From Candidatus Hadarchaeota archaeon (lineage in GTDB: Archaea; Hadarchaeota; Hadarchaeia; Hadarchaeales; CAZCRN01), in assembly GCA_964501125.1 (NCBI GenBank), contig CAZCRN010000001.1:1-26350 (forward strand): a DNA stretch of 26,350 nt, in the 5' to 3' direction. A model generated the notes under the pieces. It ran no database searches. It was given only the letters and a program-made list of their open reading frames with translations, and was not told where the DNA came from. Below are positions 1-8,400 of this stretch, in pieces. The translations under genes and the position numbers were made by a program. How positions within the stretch are numbered: the stretch's first letter is position 1; every line of letters starts with the position of its first letter.

Positions 1-503
1 AGTTTCGGGATCCAGTCAACTACTCCGAATGCCGTGAGATAGAAGAGCGATGCGAGCGTGCTTATTAGCACGTGCGCCGCGTGTGGGCATCGGGTCCAGC
101 GAAGTATGAAAGCGCCAATTGCAGCACCCACTACTGCCGGCAGGATGACAACCCATGGGTGTTCCACGAGGCCAAAATGGAAGGTCATCGAGGCCCCAAG
201 CCAAGCACCCCCAACGTGGGGCAGGGCAACATCGCTCAGCGTGCATATCGCGATTGCTCCCGCGACCCCGATGACAACAGAAGCTAGAATACCCCCACCA
301 TGCCGCCTAAACATGGTCGCGGTTACCGCCGAGCTCAGCAGCAGGTGGGCGGGATGCAAGATGTGGAATGCATGGTAGGAGGTGCTTGGATCGAGTTCAG
401 CCGAGTGCACCGCGCCCATTACGGCTAACCCTACGAGGGCCCCGAATGCTGTGAAGGGTGCATGCCCCTTGAGCTCCGCAGCGATGTGTTTGAGCCGCCC
501 CAT
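1..503 (-). CDS. Uncharacterised polytopic membrane protein with His-rich TM motifs (3'-truncated by window edge; absent from ORF track)
   Basis: Manual translation from ATG at 503 gives 167 codons with no stop to base 1: MGRLKHIAAELKGHAPFTAFGALVGLAVMG...FHILHPAHLLLSSAVTATMF...TLSDVALP...VEHPWVVILPAVVG...PHAAHVLISTLASLFYLTAFGVVDWIPK. It has several hydrophobic segments and is divergent from tRNA-Pro. Confidence 0.85.
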   Translation of the reverse strand, partial: MGRLKHIAAELKGHAPFTAFGALVGLAVMGAVHSAELDPSTSYHAFHILHPAHLLLSSAVTATMFRRHGGGILASVVIGVAGAIAICTLSDVALPHVGGAWLGASMTFHFGLVEHPWVVILPAVVGAAIGAFILRWTRCPHAAHVLISTLASLFYLTAFGVVDWIPK

Positions 504-582
504 GTGTACAACGAAATCACTATATTCTAAACGAAGCAATAAAGTTGGGGTCGTGGGGTAGCTTGGCCTATCCTTCTGGCTT

Positions 583-609
583 AAGATCGTTCTTCAATGA
601 TCTGCCAAA
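583..609 (+). other. tRNA-Pro intron 1 (27 nt, non-canonical position 33/34)
   Basis: BHB motif: central helix TGGC(577-580)/GCCA(604-607), bulges TT|A and AA|T, intron hairpin AGATC/GATCT. Confidence 0.85.
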
Positions 610-613
610 TGGG

Positions 614-632
614 ACGTAGGCCAACGCAAAAA
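614..632 (+). other. tRNA-Pro intron 2 (19 nt, canonical position 37/38)
   Basis: BHB motif formed after intron 1 removal: central helix TTTG/CAAA(627-630), bulges GG|A and AA|A, outer helix CGT/ACG. Confidence 0.85.
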
Positions 633-732
633 AGCCAGAGACTCGAGTTCAAATCTCGGCGACCCCACCATGCCAAAGTTTAAGTTTATAGGATAGGGCT
701 TTGAGGTTGTGACGAACCTTTGGGTGGGAAAC

Positions 733-1554
733 ATGCGAGTAGCCCTCATAGGCTGCGGCTCGATAGGCACGGTTTTAGCCAGAGCCATCGATACCGGCCA
801 GGCTGGAAAGGCCAAGCTGGTCTGGTTATACGACCTAAAACCCGAGAAATCTAAAGCGTTGGCAAAGAAACTACGATCGAAGCCCAAAATAGCGAGAAGT
901 TCGGCCGAGGTTTTTGCAGACAGGACAGTCGATTTGGTAATCGAAGCGGCCTCGCAGCTAGCGGTAGAACAGTACTCGCTCGATGTTCTGAAATCTGGCA
1001 AGGATTTGATGGTAATGAGCATTGGTGCATTCGGAGATGAAAAACTGCTAGCTAGCGTTCACGAACTGGCTGAGCGCACTGGCCGTAGGATTTACATGCC
1101 TTCAGGCGCGGTGCTCGGCATCGATGGTATAAAAGCCGCGATGTTAGGTGGAATCGACGAGGCGATCTTGACGACCAGAAAACCGCCCGCGGCGCTGAGC
1201 TATAGCAAGTATCTATCCGAACACGGCATCGACCTAACCGATTTGCGGGAGCCTCTAACGGTTTTTGAAGGCCCCGCCCGTGAGGCAGTCAAGGCATTTC
1301 CTAAAAGCGTCAACGTGGCCGCAGCGCTGAGCTTAGCGGGGGTAGGGCTGGACAAGACCAAAGTGCGCATCATTGCCGACCCATCGCTGGATCGAAACGT
1401 TCACCAAATTCGCGTTCGCGGGAAGGCGGGTGAGTTCATCACGGAAGCGCGGAACGTGCCCTCACCCGACAAGCCAGAGACGAGTTACCTAGCGGCTTTA
1501 TCGGCGATCCGAACGCTTCGCAATTTAACTGAGACCATCCAGATCGGAACCTAA
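733..1554 (+). CDS. nadX: L-aspartate dehydrogenase (NAD biosynthesis)
   Basis: N-terminal Rossmann motif MRVALIGCGSIG; EAASQ, SGAVLGIDG, NVAAAL and RNVHQI motifs; adjacent to nadA/nadC. ATG 733 follows an SD-like GGGTGGG. Confidence 0.93.
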   Translation: MRVALIGCGSIGTVLARAIDTGQAGKAKLVWLYDLKPEKSKALAKKLRSKPKIARSSAEVFADRTVDLVIEAASQLAVEQYSLDVLKSGKDLMVMSIGAFGDEKLLASVHELAERTGRRIYMPSGAVLGIDGIKAAMLGGIDEAILTTRKPPAALSYSKYLSEHGIDLTDLREPLTVFEGPAREAVKAFPKSVNVAAALSLAGVGLDKTKVRIIADPSLDRNVHQIRVRGKAGEFITEARNVPSPDKPETSYLAALSAIRTLRNLTETIQIGT

Positions 1555-1610
1555 CTCGGAAATTAATAAAAGTCGACAAATGATTATTTCTACAAGTCCG
1601 GGGGTCAGCT

Positions 1611-2543
1611 ATGAATCCACAGAAGCTTGAGGATAAAATAAAGAAATTGAAGGAAAAGGAAAATGCTGTTATTCTGGCCCACAACTACCAGATACCGGAA
1701 GTTCAGCTAATAGCAGATTTCATCGGAGATTCCTTAGGCCTAGCCCAAGCCTCAGCTAAAGTGGATGCCAAACTCATTGTTTTTGCCGGGGTTGATTTTA
1801 TGGCAGAAACCGCAGCGATGCTGAACCCGGATAAGCTTGTGGTGCTACCTGATCCGGAGGCCGTATGCCCAATGGCGGCACAGCTGCCAGCGGAGGTTGT
1901 GCGTGAGGCCAAGCGCAAGCACCCCAACGCGGCGGTTGTGTTATACGTTAATACTCTTGCTGAGGCAAAGGCCGAGTCAGACGTCGCATGCACTTCTGCA
2001 AATTCACCTCAGATCGTCAATGCGCTCGACGAGGACACGATTCTATTTGGGCCAGACCGAAATCTAGCGTGGTTTGTGCAGCGCCGCTCGGATAAAAAGA
2101 TCATTCCAATTCCCGAAAATGGGTACTGCTATGTCCACAAGATGTTTGCAGCGGCCGACATTGGTCTCCTCAAGGAAAAATACCCGGATGCCGAGGTGCT
2201 CGCACATCCGGAATGTGACCCCGAAGTTCAGAAGCTCGCGAGCCATATCTGCAGCACGAGCCAGATGCTGCTCCGTGCGAAGGCGTCGCCAGCCAAGCAA
2301 TTCATCATCGGCACCGAAGTTGGACTAGTTGGGCGATTACGACGGGAATTTCCGGATAAGGAGTTTATTCCTGCTCTAGAGGCTGCGATATGCGAACAGA
2401 TGAAGAAACACACCTTGGAAAAAGTTTACCTAGCGCTGCGTGACAAAAAGCACGTGGTGCGCGTGCCGCCGAAAATTGCAGAACGCGCGCGCGTGACTAT
2501 CGAGCGGATGCTTGAAATCTCTGGGAGGGCTGCGCGTGATTGA
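1611..2543 (+). CDS. nadA: Quinolinate synthase (4Fe-4S)
   Basis: ILAHNYQ, GDSLGLA, GVDFMAETA, YVNT, CTSAN and HPEC motifs; three cluster cysteines (CPMA, YCYVH, AICEQMK). Confidence 0.97.
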   Translation: MNPQKLEDKIKKLKEKENAVILAHNYQIPEVQLIADFIGDSLGLAQASAKVDAKLIVFAGVDFMAETAAMLNPDKLVVLPDPEAVCPMAAQLPAEVVREAKRKHPNAAVVLYVNTLAEAKAESDVACTSANSPQIVNALDEDTILFGPDRNLAWFVQRRSDKKIIPIPENGYCYVHKMFAAADIGLLKEKYPDAEVLAHPECDPEVQKLASHICSTSQMLLRAKASPAKQFIIGTEVGLVGRLRREFPDKEFIPALEAAICEQMKKHTLEKVYLALRDKKHVVRVPPKIAERARVTIERMLEISGRAARD

Positions 2544-3381
2544 TCCCACAGCGAGAAAAAAAATTCAAGAAATTTTGGCCGAAGACATAGGCTCAGGTGA
2601 TGTGACAACCGAAGCTCTTGTGCCAAGTAAAGTTACAGCCAAGGCTGAGATAATCGCCAAACAATCAGGAATACTGGCGGGGGTGGCCGAGGCCGCCGCA
2701 GCATTCGAGGAGATGGGTGTTCGAGCAAAGGCCCTCAAATCCGATGGGCAGCGAATCAAACCTGGCGACGTGATAATGCGGCTTGAGGGCCCGGCCCGGG
2801 GCATCCTTTCAGTCGAACGAGTGGCACTGAATTTATTGATGCGCATGAGCGGCATCGCTACGGCGACGCGCGAGATGATCGATCGGGCTAGGAAGAAAAA
2901 TCCAAAGGTGATTATAGCAGCCACACGAAAGACGGCCCCGCTTCTGACCTATTTTGATAAACGCGCGGTCAAGGTCGCGGGCGGGGAACCCCACCGGTAC
3001 AAACTCGACGAACAAGTTCTGATAAAGGACAATCACCTCAAACTGGCAGGTTCAGTTGCCCAAGCGGTTCGTCAAGCGCGCGAAGCTGCAAAGGGTAGGA
3101 AAATAGAAGTTGAAGTTAGTAAGCCCAAAGATGCATGTGAGGCCGTGAGAGCGGGCGCGGATGTTGTGATGCTTGACAACATGAGTCCAGCGGATATTGG
3201 TCGTACAATGAAGGCGCTTGAACAGGAGCATTTGCGAGGTCAGGTAACCTTAGAGGCCTCTGGTAGAATCGATCTCTCAAACGTTGAAGATTTTGCATCC
3301 ACGGGTGTTGATATGATCTCATCGAGTTACATGACCATGCGAGCCCCGGCGTTAGACATGAGTCTGGAGATTCGAAGATAG
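2536..3381 (+). CDS. nadC: Quinolinate phosphoribosyltransferase (nicotinate-nucleotide diphosphorylase, carboxylating)
   Basis: AEDIGSGDVTT, ERVALN, TRKT, HR..L...LIKDNH, EVEV, MLDNM and EASG motifs. GTG start after GGAGGG, overlapping the nadA stop. Confidence 0.93.
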   Translation: MIDPTARKKIQEILAEDIGSGDVTTEALVPSKVTAKAEIIAKQSGILAGVAEAAAAFEEMGVRAKALKSDGQRIKPGDVIMRLEGPARGILSVERVALNLLMRMSGIATATREMIDRARKKNPKVIIAATRKTAPLLTYFDKRAVKVAGGEPHRYKLDEQVLIKDNHLKLAGSVAQAVRQAREAAKGRKIEVEVSKPKDACEAVRAGADVVMLDNMSPADIGRTMKALEQEHLRGQVTLEASGRIDLSNVEDFASTGVDMISSSYMTMRAPALDMSLEIRR

Positions 3382-3383
3382 GC

Positions 3384-4511
3384 CTAGGCACCAACAACGC
3401 TGTAAGTTAGATCGCTAAGTCTCCTGATAGCTTCAAGCTTCTCCCTTTTGCCGATTTTCGCTTCCTGAACGGCAGCCTTCAATACTTCATGGGCCTCATC
3501 CATTGCCTTGCGGTCAACTGGAAACGGTGTCCCATCCTTAGAGCCGAACGCGAACGAAAATTTCACCGGATCCTGCCAGCTTGGTTTACATCCGTACATG
3601 AGTTCAGACAACAAAGCGAGCCCGCGCACGGTCGCCAGCCCGATGCCTTTGAAACTCAATAGTTCCTCAAAGTTCGCGGGTTTGAGTTCGTAGGCACGCT
3701 GCATGGCAGTCCAGTCAACTCGGCTTGGGAGGAGCTTGATGTAGGCTATCCTCTGGGAAGGTGGCCCGGGGAACCATTCCTCAAGCGTTCGTTGCCCCCT
3801 GATCTTTGCAGCCCTGAATATAGATCGAATGTGGCTCGGGGAGTGATCGCGAATCAAATCAGTCACAACCTTGCGGCATTCGGTACTTTGCTTAGCAGTC
3901 ATGTTTAAGACCCGATCGTGCCATTGGTCGCCCAAGATCGCGCTGTGAGGTTCATCGACGAAGCTTCGAACTTGGTCGGATAGCCAGTGATAGCGTCTGG
4001 CCGCGTGGATCTTTGGTCGCATCCCCTGCTGCACGACTGCCCACTTCCCCTCATCAGTCACGAATATCGTGTGGTGGTAAATCGGATAACCAGCTTGGAC
4101 TGCAGCGGTGTCAACCTTCGCCGCCATTCGGCTCGCGTAGCGCGCTCGATCTATTTGTTCGGCTGCGAGGTCGAGCTGCTGACCTACCGTCGCTAGCTTG
4201 GCAGGCACTTGTCTGCTCAGCTTGCCTTTTCCCCCGACAGCCGCGATGCCGTGCTTGGCGGGGTCAAGGGCCGAGCGAAGGACACCGCATAACACAGTGG
4301 TTGCCCCCGAGGTACACCACTCCCAACCCAGACATGCGGCTAGACTCTGGAACCAGAGGGGGTCGGAGATACGCGATAAAAAGACATCTGGCCCGTACTC
4401 GTCGATGAGCACGTCGCACACACCGCGCGATAGTTTGATCATGCGTTCGACTAGCCAGGGAGGTGCACGCGTTGCAGCCAAGCGCAATTCAACCGTCGCG
4501 ACCTTGCGCAT
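3384..4511 (-). CDS. DUF763 family protein (divergent)
   Basis: APPWLVERMIKL, SDPLWFQ, GGKG, AKVD, WAVVQQGM, ARRYHW and KDGTPFPV blocks match my recollection of DUF763. Start placed at ATG 4511 because the longer ORF runs into tRNA-Tyr. Confidence 0.85.
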   Translation of the reverse strand: MRKVATVELRLAATRAPPWLVERMIKLSRGVCDVLIDEYGPDVFLSRISDPLWFQSLAACLGWEWCTSGATTVLCGVLRSALDPAKHGIAAVGGKGKLSRQVPAKLATVGQQLDLAAEQIDRARYASRMAAKVDTAAVQAGYPIYHHTIFVTDEGKWAVVQQGMRPKIHAARRYHWLSDQVRSFVDEPHSAILGDQWHDRVLNMTAKQSTECRKVVTDLIRDHSPSHIRSIFRAAKIRGQRTLEEWFPGPPSQRIAYIKLLPSRVDWTAMQRAYELKPANFEELLSFKGIGLATVRGLALLSELMYGCKPSWQDPVKFSFAFGSKDGTPFPVDRKAMDEAHEVLKAAVQEAKIGKREKLEAIRRLSDLTYSVVGA

Positions 4512-4533
4512 CTGGACCCCAATCGATAATCGC

Positions 4534-4549
4534 GCTGAAAGTTTAAGAA
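4534..4549 (+). promoter_or_regulatory. Putative BRE+TATA promoter of the tRNA-Tyr/5S/tRNA-Asp cluster
   Basis: GCTGAAA-G-TTTAAGAA lies about 26-33 nt upstream of the tRNA-Tyr 5' end. Confidence 0.5.
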
Positions 4550-4574
4550 CCTGAAAGTCAGAAAATTGAACGGT

Positions 4575-4677
4575 CCCGCGGTAGCTCAATTTGGTAGAGC
4601 AGCCGGCTGTACGCATGTTTCCGACATGCGGGCTAAAGACCGGCGGGTTGGGGGTTCAAATCCCTCTCGCGGGACCA
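4575..4677 (+). tRNA. tRNA-Tyr(GTA) with a 26-nt intron inside the anticodon, CCA encoded
   Basis: C1:G72 acceptor CCCGCGG/TCGCGGG-A-CCA (archaeal Tyr identity); anticodon stem GCCGG/CCGGC; mature loop CT-GTA-GA; T arm GGGGG-TTCAAAT-CCCTC. Confidence 0.93.
4611..4636 (+). other. tRNA-Tyr intron (position 35/36)
   Basis: Bulges GT|A and AA|A; central helix GGCT/GGCT (two G-U pairs); intron hairpin CGCATG/CATGCG. Confidence 0.75.
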
Positions 4678-4719
4678 TCCACAGAACAAGTTTTTTACCG
4701 CGGAGATCTCAATTTATTT

Positions 4720-4845
4720 GGGTTGGCGGTCACAGCGGCGGGGAAACTCCGGCTCTCGTCCCGAACGCCGAAGATAAGCCCGCCAGCGATCTGGACTGTA
4801 CTCTTGTGCGAGAGCCAAGGGGAACTCCAGGACGCTGCCAACCCA
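4720..4845 (+). rRNA. rrf: 5S rRNA (ends approximate)
   Basis: Terminal helix GGGTTGGC/GCCAACCC; conserved CCGAAC...GAAG.TAAGCC and GTACT...GCGAG...GGGAAC segments; followed by a T-run. Confidence 0.95.
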
Positions 4846-4891
4846 CTTTTGTAGAAATGCATATTACGACAATTGACAAACCTAAATCGGT

Positions 4892-4969
4892 GCCCCGGTA
4901 GTGTAGTCGGGTCTATCATGCGGCCCTGTCGAGGCCGCGACTCGGGTTCAAATCCCGACCGGGGCGCCA
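4892..4969 (+). tRNA. tRNA-Asp(GTC), CCA encoded
   Basis: GCCCCGG/CCGGGGC-G-CCA; anticodon arm CGGCC-CT-GTC-GA-GGCCG; T arm TCGGG-TTCAAAT-CCCGA. Confidence 0.97.
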
Positions 4970-5061
4970 TTTTCGCTCGAAAGCCTTAAATCTGGAAATA
5001 ATAGACTTAATAAGCGAAAAGCATAAAAAGGGTAGTTTTCAGCTACGTTTTACCCTCGGAG

Positions 5062-5136
5062 GGGCCCGTGGCGCAGTCTGGTCAGCGCACCGGCCTTTTA
5101 AGCCGGGTGTCGGGGGTTCAAATCCCTCCGGGCCCG
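5062..5136 (+). tRNA. tRNA-Lys(TTT), CCA not encoded
   Basis: GGGCCCG/CGGGCCC-G; D stem GCGC/GCGC; anticodon arm CCGGC-CT-TTT-AA-GCCGG; T arm GGGGG-TTCAAAT-CCCTC. Confidence 0.96.
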
Positions 5137-5171
5137 TTGGCGGCGGCGTAGCTGTTTGTGTGGTGGGAAAA

Positions 5172-5414
5172 TTGGCGAAAGAGTTCGATGTCCGGGAGCA
5201 CGTGCTCGTGCCCAAGCATGAGGTGCTAACGCAAGAGCAGGCACGCAAATTGCTTGAGAAATATAAGGTATTGCCACATCAGTTACCAGCAATCAAGGTC
5301 ACGGACCCGGCCGCAAAGGCGATAGGCGCCAAGGTCGGTGATATTTTAAAAATTACCCGGATCAGTCCAACAGCAGGCAAAGCCGTCGTTTACAGACAGG
5401 TGATCAGGGGCTAG
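5172..5414 (+). CDS. rpoH: RNA polymerase subunit H (Rpo5); start uncertain (5160-5172)
   Basis: HVLVPKHEVL...QLPAIKVTDP...GDILKITRISPTAGKAVVYRQV. TTG 5172 follows an SD-like GGTGG. Confidence 0.96.
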   Translation: MAKEFDVREHVLVPKHEVLTQEQARKLLEKYKVLPHQLPAIKVTDPAAKAIGAKVGDILKITRISPTAGKAVVYRQVIRG

Positions 5415-8400
5415 GTGGTGCAATTGCAAGAAGCGAAGTTGCAGGATACTTGGCCATTGCTTGGGGCTTTCTTCAAGGAGAAGGGTTTGGTTAGGCAACA
5501 CCTTGATTCCTATAACGAGTTCATCGAGCACCGACTACAGCAAATTGTTGACGAGATCGGTGGGATAGAGCTAGAAGTCGAATGGCTCGACGTCGTGTTC
5601 GGTCGCATCCGGATAGGTGAGCCATCGGTTAAGGAGGCCGATGGTTCGCGCCCCACCATATTGCCAGCGCAGGCACGGTTACGTAATCTCACGTACTCTG
5701 CGCCAATTTTCCTCGAAATGATTCCGGTAGTCCGAGGGCGCCAACGTGAACCGGTCGAGGTTTACATCGGCGAAATGCCAGTAATGTTGAAGTCAAAAAT
5801 TTGCGGGTTAAGCAAGATGAGCGATGAAGAGCTGATCGAAGCTGGCGAGGACCCACTCGACCCCGGTGGCTATTTCATAGTTAACGGTTCCGAGCGCGTG
5901 ATCGTTACACAGGAAGACCTCGCATCGAACCGTATCTTGATTGAACACGACGAACGTACGGCGCTAGAAGTTTCAAAAGTTTTCTCGACCCACCGTGGTT
6001 TTCGTGCACTGGTCATAGTCGAACGCAAAAAGGATGGTCTGGTGCGTGTCACGTTTCCAGCCGTACCTGGCCACGTGCCATTAGTGGTACTGATGCGGGC
6101 GCTTGGGCTCGAGAGCGACCGTGAAATCGTCGATGCGGTGTCGGATGATCCCGAGATCGTTAAGGAATTGTTCGAAAACCTGCAAGAGGCCATGGAGGTC
6201 AAGACAGGAGAGCAAGCGCTTGATTATATTGGCCGCAGAGTTGCGATCGGGCAGACGAGAGAGTACCGATTGCGCCGCGCTCAGGAGGTGCTGAGAAGGT
6301 ACCTGTCACCACATATTGGCTCACGCCCTGTGGATAACATCCATAAAGCCTATTACCTCGGCCGGATGGCCGAGCGAGCGATAGAGCTTGCACTTAGGCG
6401 TCGCGGTGTCGACGACAAAGACCACTACGTCAACAAGCGGCTGAAACTGGCCGGCGACTTGCTCGAGAGTATGTTTAGGTTAGCTTTCATCAACCTCATT
6501 CGCGACATCAAGTATCAGCTTGAACGTGCAGCTGCCCGCGGCCGAGAGCCGAACCTTCGGACCGCGGCACGTGCGGACGTGCTCACCGAGCGCATTCGAC
6601 ATGCCCTTGCAACAGGCAACTGGCCCGGCGGCAGGACTGGTGTAAGTCAGCTGCTGGATCGCACCAACTATATCGCCACTCTATCGCACTTACGCCGTGT
6701 CGTATCGCCCCTCAGTCGCAGTCAACCGCATTTCGAAGCTCGCGATTTGCACCCGACCCACTGGGGTAAGATCTGCCCATGTGAGACTCCAGAAGGCCCG
6801 AATTGTGGGCTGGTTAAAAATTTGTCATTAACAGTTGAAATCTCAACTGGCACCGACGAGGAAAAAGTCGAACGCGTTTTGTACAAATTAGGAGTCACGA
6901 AAATACAGAAAGGTAGCGAGCGCCGGGGCAAGGCAGGCGTTTACATCAACGGCCGCTTAATAGGGGTAACCGAAAACGGGCAAATGCTCGCCACCAAGCT
7001 CAGGGAACGTCGTCGCAAGGGTGCTGTTGATGAGCAGGTAAACGTCGCTTATAGCGCGGGCACGAACGAGGTAATGATAAATACAGACTCGGGTCGTGTG
7101 CGCAGATCACTGGTCGTGGTCGAGGGCGGAAAGCCGCTTTTGACGCAAGAGCATATCGAAAAAGTTAAGTCCGGCGAGCTGACCTGGCCCGATTTAATTC
7201 GGACTGGAGTGATTGAATACCTCGACGCTGAAGAGGAGGAGAATTCGTACATCGCAATTACAGAAGAGGGCCTAACACCTGAGCACACACATTTGGAGCT
7301 TAACCCAGGTTCGATTTTGGGCATATGCGCCGCGTTGATCCCATATGCCGAGCACAACCAATCGCCACGCAACACGTACGGCGCCAATATGGCCAAGCAG
7401 GTGCTGGGTATCCCAGCTACCAATTTCCAAGCTCGTCTTGACACCCGTGGACATTTCCTACACTTCCCGCAGACCTCCATGGTTTGGACGAAGGCCATGG
7501 ATGTGATTGGATTTGATCGTCGGCCAGCTGGGCAAAACTTCGTTGTCGCCATCATGTCATATGGAGGCTACAATATGGAAGACGCGCTCATCATCAACAA
7601 GAGCTCAATCGATCGCGGTCTCGGCCGTTCAACTTTCTTCAGACTCTATGAGGCCGAGGAAGGCCGTTACCCCGGTGGGCAACAGGACAAGTTCGAAATA
7701 CCGACAGAGGAAATCCGCGGATATGCAGATACGAGCCTCTATCGAAACCTTGGGGACGATGGCTTAGTTGAGATAGAATCCGAAGTGCGTGGCGAAGACA
7801 TCCTAATCGGGAAGACAAGTCCGCCGAGGTTCTTGGAAGAAGTCGATGAATTTGGCATAGCAGTTGAACATGGCCGCCGAGAGAGTTCGATAAGGGTTAG
7901 GCCTAGTGAGGGGGGTATAACTGACATGATTCTGCTTAGTGAGACGGTTGATGGCAATAGGCTGGCACGTGTTCGTGTGCGCGACTTGCGGATACCTGAA
8001 ATCGGTGACAAATTTGCATCTAGGCACGGTCAGAAAGGTGTCATAGGTATAGCGCTTGATGAGGCGGACATGCCTTTTACGGAAGACGGGATCGTACCCG
8101 ATCTAATAATCAATCCGCATGCTGTACCATCGCGCATGACAGTCGGGCAACTATTGGAGATGATTGCAGGCAAGGCCGGCGCGATGGCAGGGCAGCGAAT
8201 AGATGGCACGACGTTCAGCGGTACACCCGAACAGCAACTGCGTGAAATGCTGCGCAAACACGGCTTCAAGGATACTGGCAAGGAAATCATGTATAATGGA
8301 ATGACCGGGGAAATAATACAAGCGGACATTTTCATCGGCGTCTGTTACTACCAGAAGTTACACCACATGGTGGCAGATAAAATCCATGCCCGTGCCCGTG

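Larger units (their letters stand above)
547..670 (+). tRNA. tRNA-Pro(TGG) with two introns (33/34 and 37/38), CCA encoded
   Basis: Acceptor GGGGTCG/CGACCCC-A-CCA; D arm; anticodon stem CTGGC/GCCAG; T arm TCGAG-TTCAAAT-CTCGG. Removing 583-609 and 614-632 gives loop TT-TGG-G-A with the G37 expected of tRNA-Pro, and a 78-nt mature tRNA. Confidence 0.92.

Noticed and set aside
58-378. Plus-strand ORFs 58-378 and 72-287, and minus-strand ORF 16-246
   Set aside because: These are shadow or alternative frames of the minus-strand membrane protein gene 1-503.
583-585. Apparent AAG (Leu) anticodon if the tRNA at 547-670 is read with a single 37/38 intron
   Set aside because: A34 anticodons are not typical of archaea, the body is Pro-type with a short variable loop, and the two-intron model gives two well-formed BHB motifs with TGG-G37.
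2930-3350. nadC deviations (TAPLLT for TPGLR, HRYKLDE, ASGRI) suggesting a ModD-like paralogue
   Set aside because: Core substrate residues (ER, TRK, HR, KDNH, EVE, LDN) are retained and the gene is coupled to nadA.
3379-3386. Palindrome TAGGCCTA between convergent nadC and DUF763
   Set aside because: It is largely a by-product of two facing TAG stop codons 2 bp apart, with no evidence of function.
4706-4721. ATCTCAAT-(AT-rich)-GG occurs before both 5S rRNA and tRNA-Ser (16087-16101)
   Set aside because: There are only 8 exact matches in AT-rich spacers and two instances, which I cannot distinguish from chance.
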